Assembly: GCA_963749705.1 (NCBI GenBank)
Contig: CAVVNQ010000015.1
Span: 258,600 to 322,599, forward strand
Direction: 5' to 3'
DNA from: an uncultured Chloroflexia bacterium
GTDB lineage: Bacteria; Chloroflexota; Limnocylindria; Limnocylindrales; CSP1-4
DNA: 64,000 nt
Below the pieces are notes generated by a model that saw only the letters and a program-made list of their open reading frames with translations, had not been told where the DNA came from and searched no databases. Made by a program: the position numbers and the translations under genes. The first letter of the stretch is position 1. Each line of letters opens with the position of its first letter. This document shows positions 1-9,500 of this stretch, one piece after another.

Positions 1-143
1 GGTGGACTTCCGCGTCGGGGTGACCGAGGCACGCGTCGGCGGCGAATGATCGTGACCAGGACGTCCGGTGCCACCTACCCACCGCCCGACGGTCGGCGGT
101 CGGGCGTCGGTTTGCTTCGCGCGGCCGTATCCTCCGGGTCGAG

Positions 144-1139
144 ATGACTGGCTCCTCGTGGGTGCCCGATCGCGACGGGTGGAACGCGGCTCGCTGGCCG
201 GTCGCCGGCGGTCACTACGAAAGCTGGTTCATCCGGGCCAACCATCCGACGCGCCCGCTCGCCTTCTGGATCCGGTACACGATCTTCGCCCCGATCCATG
301 ACCCCGACAGGACAGAGGGGGAGCTGTGGGCCGTCTGGTTCGACGGCGAGCGAGGCTCCAACCTGGCGCTTCGGTCGGCGCACCCACTTGCGGACTGCCG
401 GTTCAGCCGCGAGCGCCTCGACGTCGAGGTCGGGCGCGCGTCCCTCGTCGATGACGGTGCGTCGGGCGCCGTGGAGCAGGACGGCCGGCGGATCAGCTGG
501 AGCCTCACCGTTCGGGGTGGGGGATCGCCGCTGTTGCTGATGCCACGCGGCAGCTACGCGCGACGATTCCCAAAGGCCAAGGCGCTCGTTGCACGTCCAG
601 CCTGTCGGTTCGACGGGTCACTCGATGTCGACGGCGATCGCGTCGCGATCGACGGTTGGCTTGGGAGCCAGAACCACAACTGGGGCCCAGCGCACACCGA
701 TCGGTACGCATGGGGTCAGGTTGCGGGGTTCGACGAACGGGAGGACGCCTTCCTGGAATGCTCGAGCGCAAGGCTCCGGATCGGGCCGATACCGACTCCG
801 TGGTTGACGGTCGCCGTGCTTCGCCTCGGCGGCGAGGAGCTTGCGTTCAACACCATCGCGCGATCGCCGCTCGCCCGTGTCCGGTTCGACGGCGCCGGAT
901 GGTCGTTCAATGCGGCGACGAGGAACGCCCGCCTGCGGGCGGCCTTCACGGCATCGCCCGACCGGTTCGTCCGCCTCGAGTACCGAAACCCACCGGGCGG
1001 CACGAAGACCTGCCTGAACACGAAGATTGCGTCGTGCCAGATCTCGCTGCAGCGGCCTGGCCAGCCGACCGTGCGCCTCGAGACCAGGAACCGCGCCGCG
1101 TTCGAACTCCTCGACATTCCTGCGCCGAGATCCTCGTGA
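144..1139 (+). CDS. conserved hypothetical protein (beta-rich; weak resemblance to tocopherol-cyclase/CrtC-type folds, tentative)
   Basis: 331-aa ORF with normal, aromatic-rich composition (GHYESWFIRANHP, GSQNHNWG), unlike the Arg/Pro/Ala-rich shadow ORFs overlapping it. No family motif that I can name with certainty. Confidence 0.6.
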   Translation: MTGSSWVPDRDGWNAARWPVAGGHYESWFIRANHPTRPLAFWIRYTIFAPIHDPDRTEGELWAVWFDGERGSNLALRSAHPLADCRFSRERLDVEVGRASLVDDGASGAVEQDGRRISWSLTVRGGGSPLLLMPRGSYARRFPKAKALVARPACRFDGSLDVDGDRVAIDGWLGSQNHNWGPAHTDRYAWGQVAGFDEREDAFLECSSARLRIGPIPTPWLTVAVLRLGGEELAFNTIARSPLARVRFDGAGWSFNAATRNARLRAAFTASPDRFVRLEYRNPPGGTKTCLNTKIASCQISLQRPGQPTVRLETRNRAAFELLDIPAPRSS

Positions 1140-1154
1140 TGTCAGCGGTGGGGT

Positions 1155-1174
1155 AGCGGTCGCACCCGACCGCT
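1155..1174 (+). terminator. stem-loop downstream of the 144-1139 CDS (possible terminator)
   Basis: Perfect 8-bp stem agcggtcg / cgaccgct with loop cacc, 16 nt after the stop codon. No clear U-tract. Confidence 0.35.
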
Positions 1175-1241
1175 CACTCTCGTCTCACGCCGGTGCGTCG
1201 TCGATCGAGGATGCGATGCAGGCTGGAATCGGTTCTGCGGA

Positions 1242-2207
1242 TTGGTGATGCGGGGCGAGCGGCGATTCGATACGCTCCCGCGCGTGTCCCCGACCATCGC
1301 CGCGATCGGTCTGCGTAAACGGTACGGAACCGTGGCCGCCCTCGACGGCCTCGACCTCGCGGTCGACGAGGGGCAGGTCGTCGGGCTGCTCGGGCCGAAC
1401 GGCGCCGGCAAGACGACGGCGTTGCGGATCCTGGTCGGCCTCGTCCAGGCCGACGCCGGCACCGTGACCATCGCCGGCGAGCCAGTCAGCCGGACATGGG
1501 TGGCCGGCGAGCGTGTGGGGGCCATGGTCTCGACCCCGGTCTTCTACCCGCACCTGTCGGGCGCCGAGAACCTGCGCGTGCTGGCGGCAGCCTGGGGATG
1601 GCCCAGGGCGCGCGCGGACGCCAGGATCGCGGCCACGCTCGACCTGGTCGACCTCGGCGGTCCAGGCTCACGGCCCGCCAAGGGCTATTCGACGGGCATG
1701 CGGCAGCGCCTCGGGATCGCCCTCGCGCTCCTCGCCGACCCGCCGATCCTGATCCTGGACGAGCCGGTCAATGGCCTCGACCCGGCCGGCATCGTCGAGA
1801 TCCGCGACCTTCTCCTCGCCCTCGCCGGCGGTGGCCGGACGATCCTGCTCTCGAGCCACCTCCTGACCGAGGTCGAGAAGACCTGCGATCACGTGACGAT
1901 CGTGGACCGGGGCCGGATCCTGGCGTCTGGAACGCCGGATGCCCTGGCGGGTGGTGGACAACGGATCCAGCTGCGCCTCGCCGCGGAGCAGATCCCCGCG
2001 GCTCGGCGCGTGCTCGAGGCGGCCGGGTTCGGCGTCACCCTGCGGGAGGAAACGGAGCTGTGGGTTGACGGTGCGCCGGACGGATCGACCGTCGCGCGCC
2101 TGCTCGCCGCTGCGGGCTGCTACCCGGACGAGCTGATCCGCCGACGCGACTCGCTGGAGGATGTCTTCCTGCGCCTCACGACCGACCCTCAGGAGCCCCC
2201 GACGTGA
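1242..2207 (+). CDS. ABC transporter ATP-binding protein
   Basis: Walker A GPNGAGKTT, ABC signature YSTGMRQR, Walker B ILILDEP, H-loop SSHLL. Stop overlaps the start of the downstream permease. Confidence 0.92.
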   Translation: MVMRGERRFDTLPRVSPTIAAIGLRKRYGTVAALDGLDLAVDEGQVVGLLGPNGAGKTTALRILVGLVQADAGTVTIAGEPVSRTWVAGERVGAMVSTPVFYPHLSGAENLRVLAAAWGWPRARADARIAATLDLVDLGGPGSRPAKGYSTGMRQRLGIALALLADPPILILDEPVNGLDPAGIVEIRDLLLALAGGGRTILLSSHLLTEVEKTCDHVTIVDRGRILASGTPDALAGGGQRIQLRLAAEQIPAARRVLEAAGFGVTLREETELWVDGAPDGSTVARLLAAAGCYPDELIRRRDSLEDVFLRLTTDPQEPPT

Positions 2208-3076
2208 GGCGCCTGCTGGCCGCCGATCTTGTTCGCTTCGGGCGCCGCCGAGACCTTCGAATCCTGGTCGCGCTGGTCCCGGTGGTCCTGGCGGCCATGT
2301 TCGTCTCGGACTTCAACAGCGCCACCACGCCGCCGTCGTTCTTCATCAACCTGGAACCGCCCGATCCCGTCGCGGAGGCGGCCATGCGGGCCCAGATGCT
2401 CGACGAGTGGCGCGGGCAGCTGGCCTCGGTCCTGCCGGCATTTGCGTTCCCGGCCAGCCTGATCAAGGTCGCGGGGAACATCGGACCTCTGGCGCTGATG
2501 GCGATCTATGTCGCTGCCGCGCTGATCGGTGGCGAGTTCGAGTGGGGCACCGTGCGCACGGTCCACCTGACCTCGAGCCGCGGTCGCACGCTGGCCGTGC
2601 GGATCGGGGTGGTCGTCGGCCTCGTCGGGGTCGTGATGGCGCTGGCTCTGGTGCTCGCGGCGATCCTGCCGTTCTTCATGTCGTTCGAAGGCACCGCGGT
2701 ACAGCAGTTTGCGATGCCGGTGCCCGATCTCGCGCCCGCGGTCCTCACGCGCCTCGCCGTTGCGCTGCCGTTCATCGCGATCCCGACGCTGATGGCGGTC
2801 CTCGCGAGGTCGATCAGCCTCTCGTTCCTGCTCGTCGTGCTGTTCTTCGTCCTCGACCTTGCCGTGACGGGGTTCCCGGTGTGGGTGGGCAGCCCGACGC
2901 CATGGCTGCCTGCGCTGACCGTGTCCGGCTCGATCTCGCGTCTCCTGGGCGCAACCCTGGGGCCGGACCCCGGGACCGTGTCTGCCGGTGTTGCGATGAC
3001 GGCGCTGCTGGCATGGGGGATCGTGCCGATCGTCGCGGCGATCGCCCGCTTCCGGCGGATGGACCTCGATCAATAG
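2204..3076 (+). CDS. ABC-2 type transporter permease
   Basis: 290-aa hydrophobic multi-TM protein, translationally coupled (4-nt overlap) to the upstream ABC ATPase. Confidence 0.8.
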   Translation: MRRLLAADLVRFGRRRDLRILVALVPVVLAAMFVSDFNSATTPPSFFINLEPPDPVAEAAMRAQMLDEWRGQLASVLPAFAFPASLIKVAGNIGPLALMAIYVAAALIGGEFEWGTVRTVHLTSSRGRTLAVRIGVVVGLVGVVMALALVLAAILPFFMSFEGTAVQQFAMPVPDLAPAVLTRLAVALPFIAIPTLMAVLARSISLSFLLVVLFFVLDLAVTGFPVWVGSPTPWLPALTVSGSISRLLGATLGPDPGTVSAGVAMTALLAWGIVPIVAAIARFRRMDLDQ

Positions 3077-3114
3077 GAGCAGCCCGGCGGCTCGGGCCTG
3101 CGGCGATCGGCCGC

Positions 3115-4407
3115 CTACGGATCCAGCCGGAGCCCTCGCTTCGCGAGTCGATAGGCGCCCTCGATCGCAAGCGCCAGGGCGAGCATCGCGGCCAGGATCC
3201 ACAGCTTGCCGGGATCGGTCGTCGTTGTCTGCCACATCAGGGCACCGAGTGCCACGACGCATGCCACAGCCCCGACGACCGAGATCCAGGCGCGGCTGCC
3301 GGCGTGGGACGCGTGCCGCACGTTGGCGGCGTTAACCGCGGCGAAGATCAGCAGGAAGCCGGCGCTGCCCAGCGTCGCGATGCTCGTCAGGTCGAACACG
3401 TTGGCGATCAGCAGCGTCAACCCTGCGGTGATCAGCAGCCCCTCGACGGGCTGACCCCACACCTTGCGCTCCAGCGTAGCCGGCAATTCGCCGTCGCGCG
3501 CGATGCTGTAGCTCAGGCGCGCCGCGCCGTAGATCGTGGCATTGATCGCCGAGGCGGTGGACAGCATCGCCGCGACCGCGATCAGCGTGAAGCCGGCCTG
3601 CCCGAGAAACGGTCGCGCCGCTTCCGCCAGCGCGTAGTCCTTGGCCGCCACGATCTTGTCCAGCGACAGGTTGCCGACGGTGACGATCGCCACCAGGACG
3701 TACAACGCGATCACGAACCCGACCGAGGTGAAGTACGCGCGCGGCAGCGTCCGAGCCGCGTCATCGACGTCCTGTGCCGTGTTGGCGATCAGCTCGAATC
3801 CTTCGTAGGCGAGGAAGATGATCATCCCGCCCGCCGCCAGCTGCAGGGGCGGCGACCATGTGCCCGGCGCGAGCTGGGCGGAGTTGATCCCGGTCACGCC
3901 AGCGGCGACGAAGAACAGCAGGATCACGACCTTCAGGCCCACGATCCAGCTCTCCGCCCTCCCGATCAGCTCGGCGCTGAGCAGGTTCAACCCGCCGATC
4001 GCGATCACGCTGAGGCTGATCAGAGCATGCGTTCCGAGTCCCTGCCAGGCCTGTGGCAGGAACGTTGCGCCATAGCCGCCGAACGCGAACGCGTACAGCG
4101 ACAGCATCACCACGTAGCTCAGCCACAGCAGCACGTTGAGGCTGCCGGTCAGCATGCCGGACCCGAACACGCGATCCAGGAACGTGACCGTCCCCCCGCG
4201 GCTCGGGTAGGCAACCGAGAGCTTCGTGTACGAGTACGTCGTGAGCAGCGCCACGACGCCCGCCAGCGCAAACGCCACCGGCGTGCCGCCACGCGCCAGC
4301 TGCACGGCCAGGCCGAGGACCGCAAAGATCCCGCCCCCGACCATTCCGCCGACGCCGATTGCGACCACGGCCCAGAACCCGATCTTGTCGTTGGCCGCTC
4401 CACGCAC
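3115..4407 (-). CDS. APC-family amino acid/polyamine permease
   Basis: 430 aa with about 12 predicted TM segments. N-terminal GFWAVVAIGVGGMVGGGIF motif is typical of APC permeases. GGGAGG Shine-Dalgarno about 10 nt upstream of the GTG start. Confidence 0.85.
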   Translation of the reverse strand: MRGAANDKIGFWAVVAIGVGGMVGGGIFAVLGLAVQLARGGTPVAFALAGVVALLTTYSYTKLSVAYPSRGGTVTFLDRVFGSGMLTGSLNVLLWLSYVVMLSLYAFAFGGYGATFLPQAWQGLGTHALISLSVIAIGGLNLLSAELIGRAESWIVGLKVVILLFFVAAGVTGINSAQLAPGTWSPPLQLAAGGMIIFLAYEGFELIANTAQDVDDAARTLPRAYFTSVGFVIALYVLVAIVTVGNLSLDKIVAAKDYALAEAARPFLGQAGFTLIAVAAMLSTASAINATIYGAARLSYSIARDGELPATLERKVWGQPVEGLLITAGLTLLIANVFDLTSIATLGSAGFLLIFAAVNAANVRHASHAGSRAWISVVGAVACVVALGALMWQTTTTDPGKLWILAAMLALALAIEGAYRLAKRGLRLDP

Positions 4408-4636
4408 GAGCCGGTCACCTCCCGGTCAAGCGCCCGCTCCGATTGCCTGCCTCCGGCGGACGGCGCGCCACGGGCCGGTCGGCGACGGCTGGGCAGTCCC
4501 GAAGCGATCCCATCAGCGTAGCCGGTCGGCCGCGCTCGGCGCGCGCGCCTCTGATGGAGGTGTGGGAGCCGGACTATCGACCGATGGCCTGCGCGGACAG
4601 TGGCTCAAACAATCTGCCCATGGGCAGCGCCGGACC

Positions 4637-5911
4637 ATGACCGGGACCGTTCGGGCTTCGAGCCTGCGGGTGGGCGAGCTGACCGCGAGGTCCGGCATCG
4701 GCCGCCCGCGGCTGTTCGCCCTCCTCGTGGGGGCCTACGCCGGGCTCGGGTTGGGCGCCGTCATCATCGCGACGCTGGTATTCCAGCCCCTGTTTCCGGC
4801 GATCCGGCTCCCGTTCTCGCCGCTCGGCGTCGACCCCGCCGTCGCCGGGCTCGGCCTGTGGATCCTCGTCTGCCTTGGCACTTCGAACCACGGAACGCTC
4901 GGAACCGGTCAGGTGCCCCTCGCCTTCTCGACCGGCCCGGTCCTGGCGGCCGGATTGCTCGGGGGTCCCGTCGCCGCTGCCTGGGTCGCGCTGATCGGCT
5001 CCATCCAGGTCCGAGAGCTGCGTGGTGCTGTGACGTGGCGCGAGGTCGCCGCCAACCACGGAATGCGTGCGCTGTCCGGGACCGTCGCCGCGATGGCGAT
5101 GCTGCTCGTCCGCGTGATCGACGTCCAGCCCATTCAGCTCCGAGATCTGATCGCCATCCTGGTCGGGACGCTCGTGATGGTCGTGATGGAGGAGGGTCTG
5201 GGCCTGTTGCTCTGGCAGGCGCGCACCGGCCGTCAAGTTGCAGAGGGATTCAGCATCGTCAGCCGCGCCGACTGGAACCTCGCGTCCATTGCCGAAGGCT
5301 GCCTCGCGTGGCTCGTCGCCCTGGCGTACTTCTCGGGCCTTTGGTGGGCACCGATGCTGATCGTGGTCGCGGACCTGGCGGCGAGCCGGTCGATGGCGCA
5401 TCACCAGGCGACCTGGCAGCTTGGGCACCACCCGCTGACCAACCTCGCCAACGGGCGGGCCCTCCGAGCGTATGTGGATCGACTGCGACGGCTCGGCGCC
5501 CCGACTTCGGCGTGTCTCGTCTACCTGGACCTCGATGGGTTCAAGGCCGTCAATGACGACCACGGGCACGATGTCGGGGACGATGTCCTCCGAGAGGTCG
5601 GGCGGCGGCTGAGTTCGATCATGCGGCCGGACATGTTCGTGGCCCACCTGCACGGCGACGAGTTCGCCATCCTGGCCATGGGTGTTGCCGACGGCTCGGC
5701 AGCGGAGGCGCTTGCCAGCGAGGTGTGCGGGCTGGTCGAGCCGCCGATCACCCACGAGCTCGGCCAGCTCCGTGTCTCGGCCACGGCCGGCACCGTGCTT
5801 GTTCGGGATCTGGCCGATTTCGAAGCGGCCATGCGTACCGCAGACCGCAGGATGCTCGCGCTGAAGGCCGAGCGAGCGAGGATGTCCGGCCGGGATCGAA
5901 GGCGCTCCTGA
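4637..5911 (+). CDS. membrane-anchored GGDEF-domain protein (diguanylate cyclase-like, active-site variant HGDEF)
   Basis: N-terminal multi-TM region followed by a GGDEF domain (YLDLDGFKAVNDDHGHDVGDDVL ... HLHGDEFAIL). The ATG at 4637 was chosen because the 4226 ORF start overlaps the opposite-strand permease. Confidence 0.85.
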   Translation: MTGTVRASSLRVGELTARSGIGRPRLFALLVGAYAGLGLGAVIIATLVFQPLFPAIRLPFSPLGVDPAVAGLGLWILVCLGTSNHGTLGTGQVPLAFSTGPVLAAGLLGGPVAAAWVALIGSIQVRELRGAVTWREVAANHGMRALSGTVAAMAMLLVRVIDVQPIQLRDLIAILVGTLVMVVMEEGLGLLLWQARTGRQVAEGFSIVSRADWNLASIAEGCLAWLVALAYFSGLWWAPMLIVVADLAASRSMAHHQATWQLGHHPLTNLANGRALRAYVDRLRRLGAPTSACLVYLDLDGFKAVNDDHGHDVGDDVLREVGRRLSSIMRPDMFVAHLHGDEFAILAMGVADGSAAEALASEVCGLVEPPITHELGQLRVSATAGTVLVRDLADFEAAMRTADRRMLALKAERARMSGRDRRRS

Positions 5912-6103
5912 TCTGCGGCCCGGCCCACGCTTGGTGGCGGGGCTGGCGATCGCAACCGGGTCGGCAGGACGGGCGGTCACCGTTGTGGGCCGGCGAGGAG
6001 CGCCTGCTGGTCAGTCGGTGAGTTCGCCGCCGCCTCCGGCGTCATGTCGTAGCGAAGGATGGCATCTCGGCACCTGTCCGCACCGGCGGTAGCCGCGATG
6101 AAC

Positions 6104-6271
6104 CTGTCAGGCACCGCGAGGCCCGGTGATAGTCACGGTTCTGCCACCATGCGCGGCACGCCGGCTGCCCGCGCGGTCAATTTCGCGCTCGGCTGGCTCG
6201 ACTTTCCGGCCGCAGGAACGCACATCCTTCGTAGAGCCTGGACTACCACCGGCGGTCGCGGTACCTGACAG
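6104..6271. repeat. 16-bp inverted repeat pair (15/16 complementary) enclosing a 136-nt lower-GC segment in the dnaE upstream region
   Basis: ctgtcaggcaccgcga (6104-6119) versus tcgcggtacctgacag (6256-6271). Confidence 0.7.
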
Positions 6272-6330
6272 CGGATCCATCGATCCGGGGCGATAGCACC
6301 GCGACCCGCGGTATCTGGCTGCCGATGCCG

Positions 6331-6382
6331 TCGAGCGACGGACGCGGTCGAGCGACGGACGCGGGCGAGCGACCGAACGCGG
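6331..6382. repeat. 17-bp tandem repeat (2 perfect units plus 1 degenerate) upstream of dnaE
   Basis: tcgagcgacggacgcgg at 6331-6347 and 6348-6364, then gcgagcgaccgaacgcgg at 6365-6382. Confidence 0.85.
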
Positions 6383-6516
6383 GCGCGCGAATCCTGGCGA
6401 TCGTCGGACGCAGCCTGCGGCGCTGCACGGCGAGCGTCCACGGTCTCCTGGGCATCCCCGAGCAACGGCTCCTGGACCCCTCTCCGCCACGTCGAGATGG
6501 GTCTCCCCGGGCTACC

Positions 6517-9500
6517 ATGGTCCTCCCGATGACCATCGCTCCCAACGACTTCGTCCACCTCCACACCCACTCCGAGTTCAGCCTGCTCGACGGGCTGGGG
6601 CGGATCACCGAGCTCGTCGACACGTCGGTCAAGCACGGCTTCGACAGCCTCGCGGTCACCGACCACGGCGCGCTCTACGGGGCGGTCGCGTTCTACCAGG
6701 CGGCCACCAGGAAGGGCATCAAGCCGATCATCGGCGTCGAGACGTACGTCGCCCGGCGGTCGATGCGGGACAAGGAGGGCAAGGCGGACAGCCAGCCGTT
6801 CCACCTGGTCCTGCTAGCGACCGACATGACCGGCTACCGGAACCTCAACCGGCTGCTCACCGACGCCCACGTCGACGGCTATTACTACAAGCCGCGGATC
6901 GATCGTGAGCACCTCGCGAAGTACAGCAAGGGCCTGGTGGGGCTGTCGGCGTGCCTCAGCGGCGAGATCCCCAAGGCGCTCGAGGTCGAGGACTGGGAGC
7001 TCGCGCGCAAGCTTGCCGGCGAGTACGGCGACATCTTCGGCAAGGACCGGTTCTACCTCGAGCTCCAGGACCACGGCATCCCGGATCAGCGGAAGCTCAA
7101 CGAGCAGCTGCTCCGCCTGGCGCCGGAGATGGACCTGCCGCTGGTGGTGACCAACGACCTCCACTACGTCCACAAGGCGCAGCACGAGGCCCACGACGTG
7201 CTGCTGTGCGTCGGGACGGGCAGCAACGTCGACACGCCCAACCGGATGCGCTTCGACACCCAGGAGTTCTATCTCAAGACCGCGGCCGAGATGTTCGCGC
7301 TGTTCCCGGACCAGCGGGAGGCGTACCTCAACACCCGCCGCGTCGCCGAGATGGTCGACCTCCAGCTGCCGCTGGGCGAGACGCGCATCCCGCACTTCCC
7401 GGTGCCCGACGGCGAGACGGTCGAGACGTGGCTGCGCAAGGAGTGCGAGGCGGGCCTTGTCCGGCGGTACGGCGCGATCACGCCGCCGCTCCAGGAGCGC
7501 CTGGACTACGAGCTGGGCGTGATCATCTCGATGGGCTACGCCGGCTACTTCCTGATCGTGGCGGACTTCGTCCGGTTCGCCCGGCAGCAGGGGATCGCGA
7601 CCACCTGCCGGGGATCGGCGCCGGGCTCCATCGTGACCTACACGCTGGGCATCACGCCCGTTGACCCGATCGACTACGGGCTCCCGTTCGAGCGGTTCCT
7701 CAACCCCGACCGGGTGACGATGCCCGACATCGACGTCGACTTCGAGGACGAGCGCCGGGACGAGGTCATCAACTACGTCAGCCACAAGTACGGCCAGGAC
7801 CACGTCGCCCAGATCATCACGTTCGGCACGATGCTCGCGCGGGCCGCGATCCGCGATGTCGGCCGGGTGCTGGGCATGTCCTACGGCGACGTGGACCGGA
7901 TCGCCAAGGCGGTCCCGAACCAGCTGGGGATCAAGCTCGAGGAGGCCGTCCAGCTGTCACCCCAGCTCAAGGAGATGCAGGACGGCGATCCCCAGATCGC
8001 GAAGCTGCTGGGCCTTGCCCGCCAGCTCGAGGGTGTGGCGCGCAACGCGTCGACGCACGCCGCGGGCGTGGTCATCAGCCGCGAGCCCCTGACGGAGCTG
8101 ATGCCGCTCCAGAAGGCGACCAACTCGGACGCGCTGATGACCCAGTACGAGATGCACGCCATCGAGGCGCTGGGCCTGCTCAAGTTCGACTTCCTGGGGC
8201 TGTCCAACCTCACCATCCTGCGCAAGGCCGTGGACCTCATCCGCGAGCATCGCGGCGTCACGGTCGACCTCGAGAGCATCCCGCTCGACGACGCGAAGAC
8301 GTTCGAGCTGCTGGCGTCGGGCGAGACGACCGGCGTGTTCCAGCTCGAGTCCGCGGGCATGCGCCGCTACGTCCGCGATCTCCAGCCGACGTCGGTGTTC
8401 GACCTCGCCGCGATGGTCGCGCTGTACCGGCCCGGCCCGATGGACAACATCCCGTCGTACATCCGGCGCAAGCACGGGCAGGAGCAGGTCGAGTACCTCC
8501 ACCCGCTGCTCGAGCCGTTCCTCAACCGGACCTACGGGATCTTCGTGTACCAGGAGGACATCATGGCCGCGGCCATGGCCCTGGGCGGGTTCACGGGTCC
8601 CGAGGCGGACACGCTGGGCTACGCGATCCGCAAGAAGAAGTCATCGGTCCTGCGCTCGATGAAGGACAAGTTCGTGACCCAGGCGGCCGAGCGCGGCGTG
8701 CCGCCCCAGACGATCGACGCCGTGTTCAAGGCGTTCGAGCCGTTCGAGCGGTACGGGTTCAACAAGGCGCACGCCACGTGCTACGGCCTGATCGCGTACC
8801 AGACGGCGTACCTCAAGGCGAACTACACGGTCGAGTACATGACCTCGGTGCTGACCGCGTTCCGCGACAACGCGGAGAAGGTCGCCGCGGCGATCGCGGA
8901 GTGCCGTCGCCTCGGGATCGAGGTGCGGACGCCCGACGTCCACCGGTCGGGCCTCGGGTTCACGGTCGAGGGCGAGGCGATCCGGTTCGGGCTGCTTGCG
9001 GTCAAGAACATCGGCGAGGGGGCGATCCAGTCGATCATCGACGCCCGCGAGGAGGGCGGCGAGTTCCGCTCGCTCACCGACTTCTGTACCCGGGTCGACC
9101 TTCGGCTGGCCAACCGCAAGGTGCTGGAGTCGCTGGCCAAGGTCGGCGCGCTCAACATGCTCGGCCACCCGGCCCAGATCCTGCTCGGGCTCGACGATGC
9201 GCTGGCGGCCGGCCAGGCGACCCAGCGTGACCGGGTGTCCGGCCAGACCTCGCTGTTCGACCTCGCGGGGGACGAGGCGACCACCCTCGAGCGCCCGCTG
9301 CCGGCCACGCCAGAGACGCCGGTCCGCGAGCGGCTGCGCTGGGAGAAGGAGCTGCTCGGCCTGTATCTCTCCGACCATCCGATGGGCGAGGTCGCGGAGC
9401 GCGTCGGGCAGTACGTGACCGCGTATTCCGGGGATCTCAAGGATGAGTCGCTCGACGGGCAGCGGGTGGTCCTGGGCGGGATCGTGACCGGGCAGCGGAC

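Noticed and set aside
1-49. Possible 3' end of an upstream + strand gene (...VDFRVGVTEARVGGE-stop at 47-49).
   Set aside because: Only 16 codons are visible, which is too short to support a call.
4408-4636. 230-bp divergent region between the APC permease and the GGDEF gene, examined for an amino-acid riboswitch.
   Set aside because: No match to the glycine, lysine or other riboswitch cores that I can recall. Only a normal Shine-Dalgarno (GGGAGG) precedes the permease start.
6059-6268. 69-aa ORF in the dnaE upstream region, and other small ORFs at 5725-6021 and 6107-6490.
   Set aside because: They have no Shine-Dalgarno or leaderless promoter geometry and a junk-like composition. The 6059-6268 ORF largely coincides with the inverted-repeat-bounded element, which is better explained as non-coding.
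6331-6382. Short tandem repeats (also at 10381-10435, 20407-20436 and 40966-41048) considered as CRISPR arrays.
   Set aside because: Each has only 2-3 units with no unique spacers of 25-40 nt, and there are no cas genes in the window.
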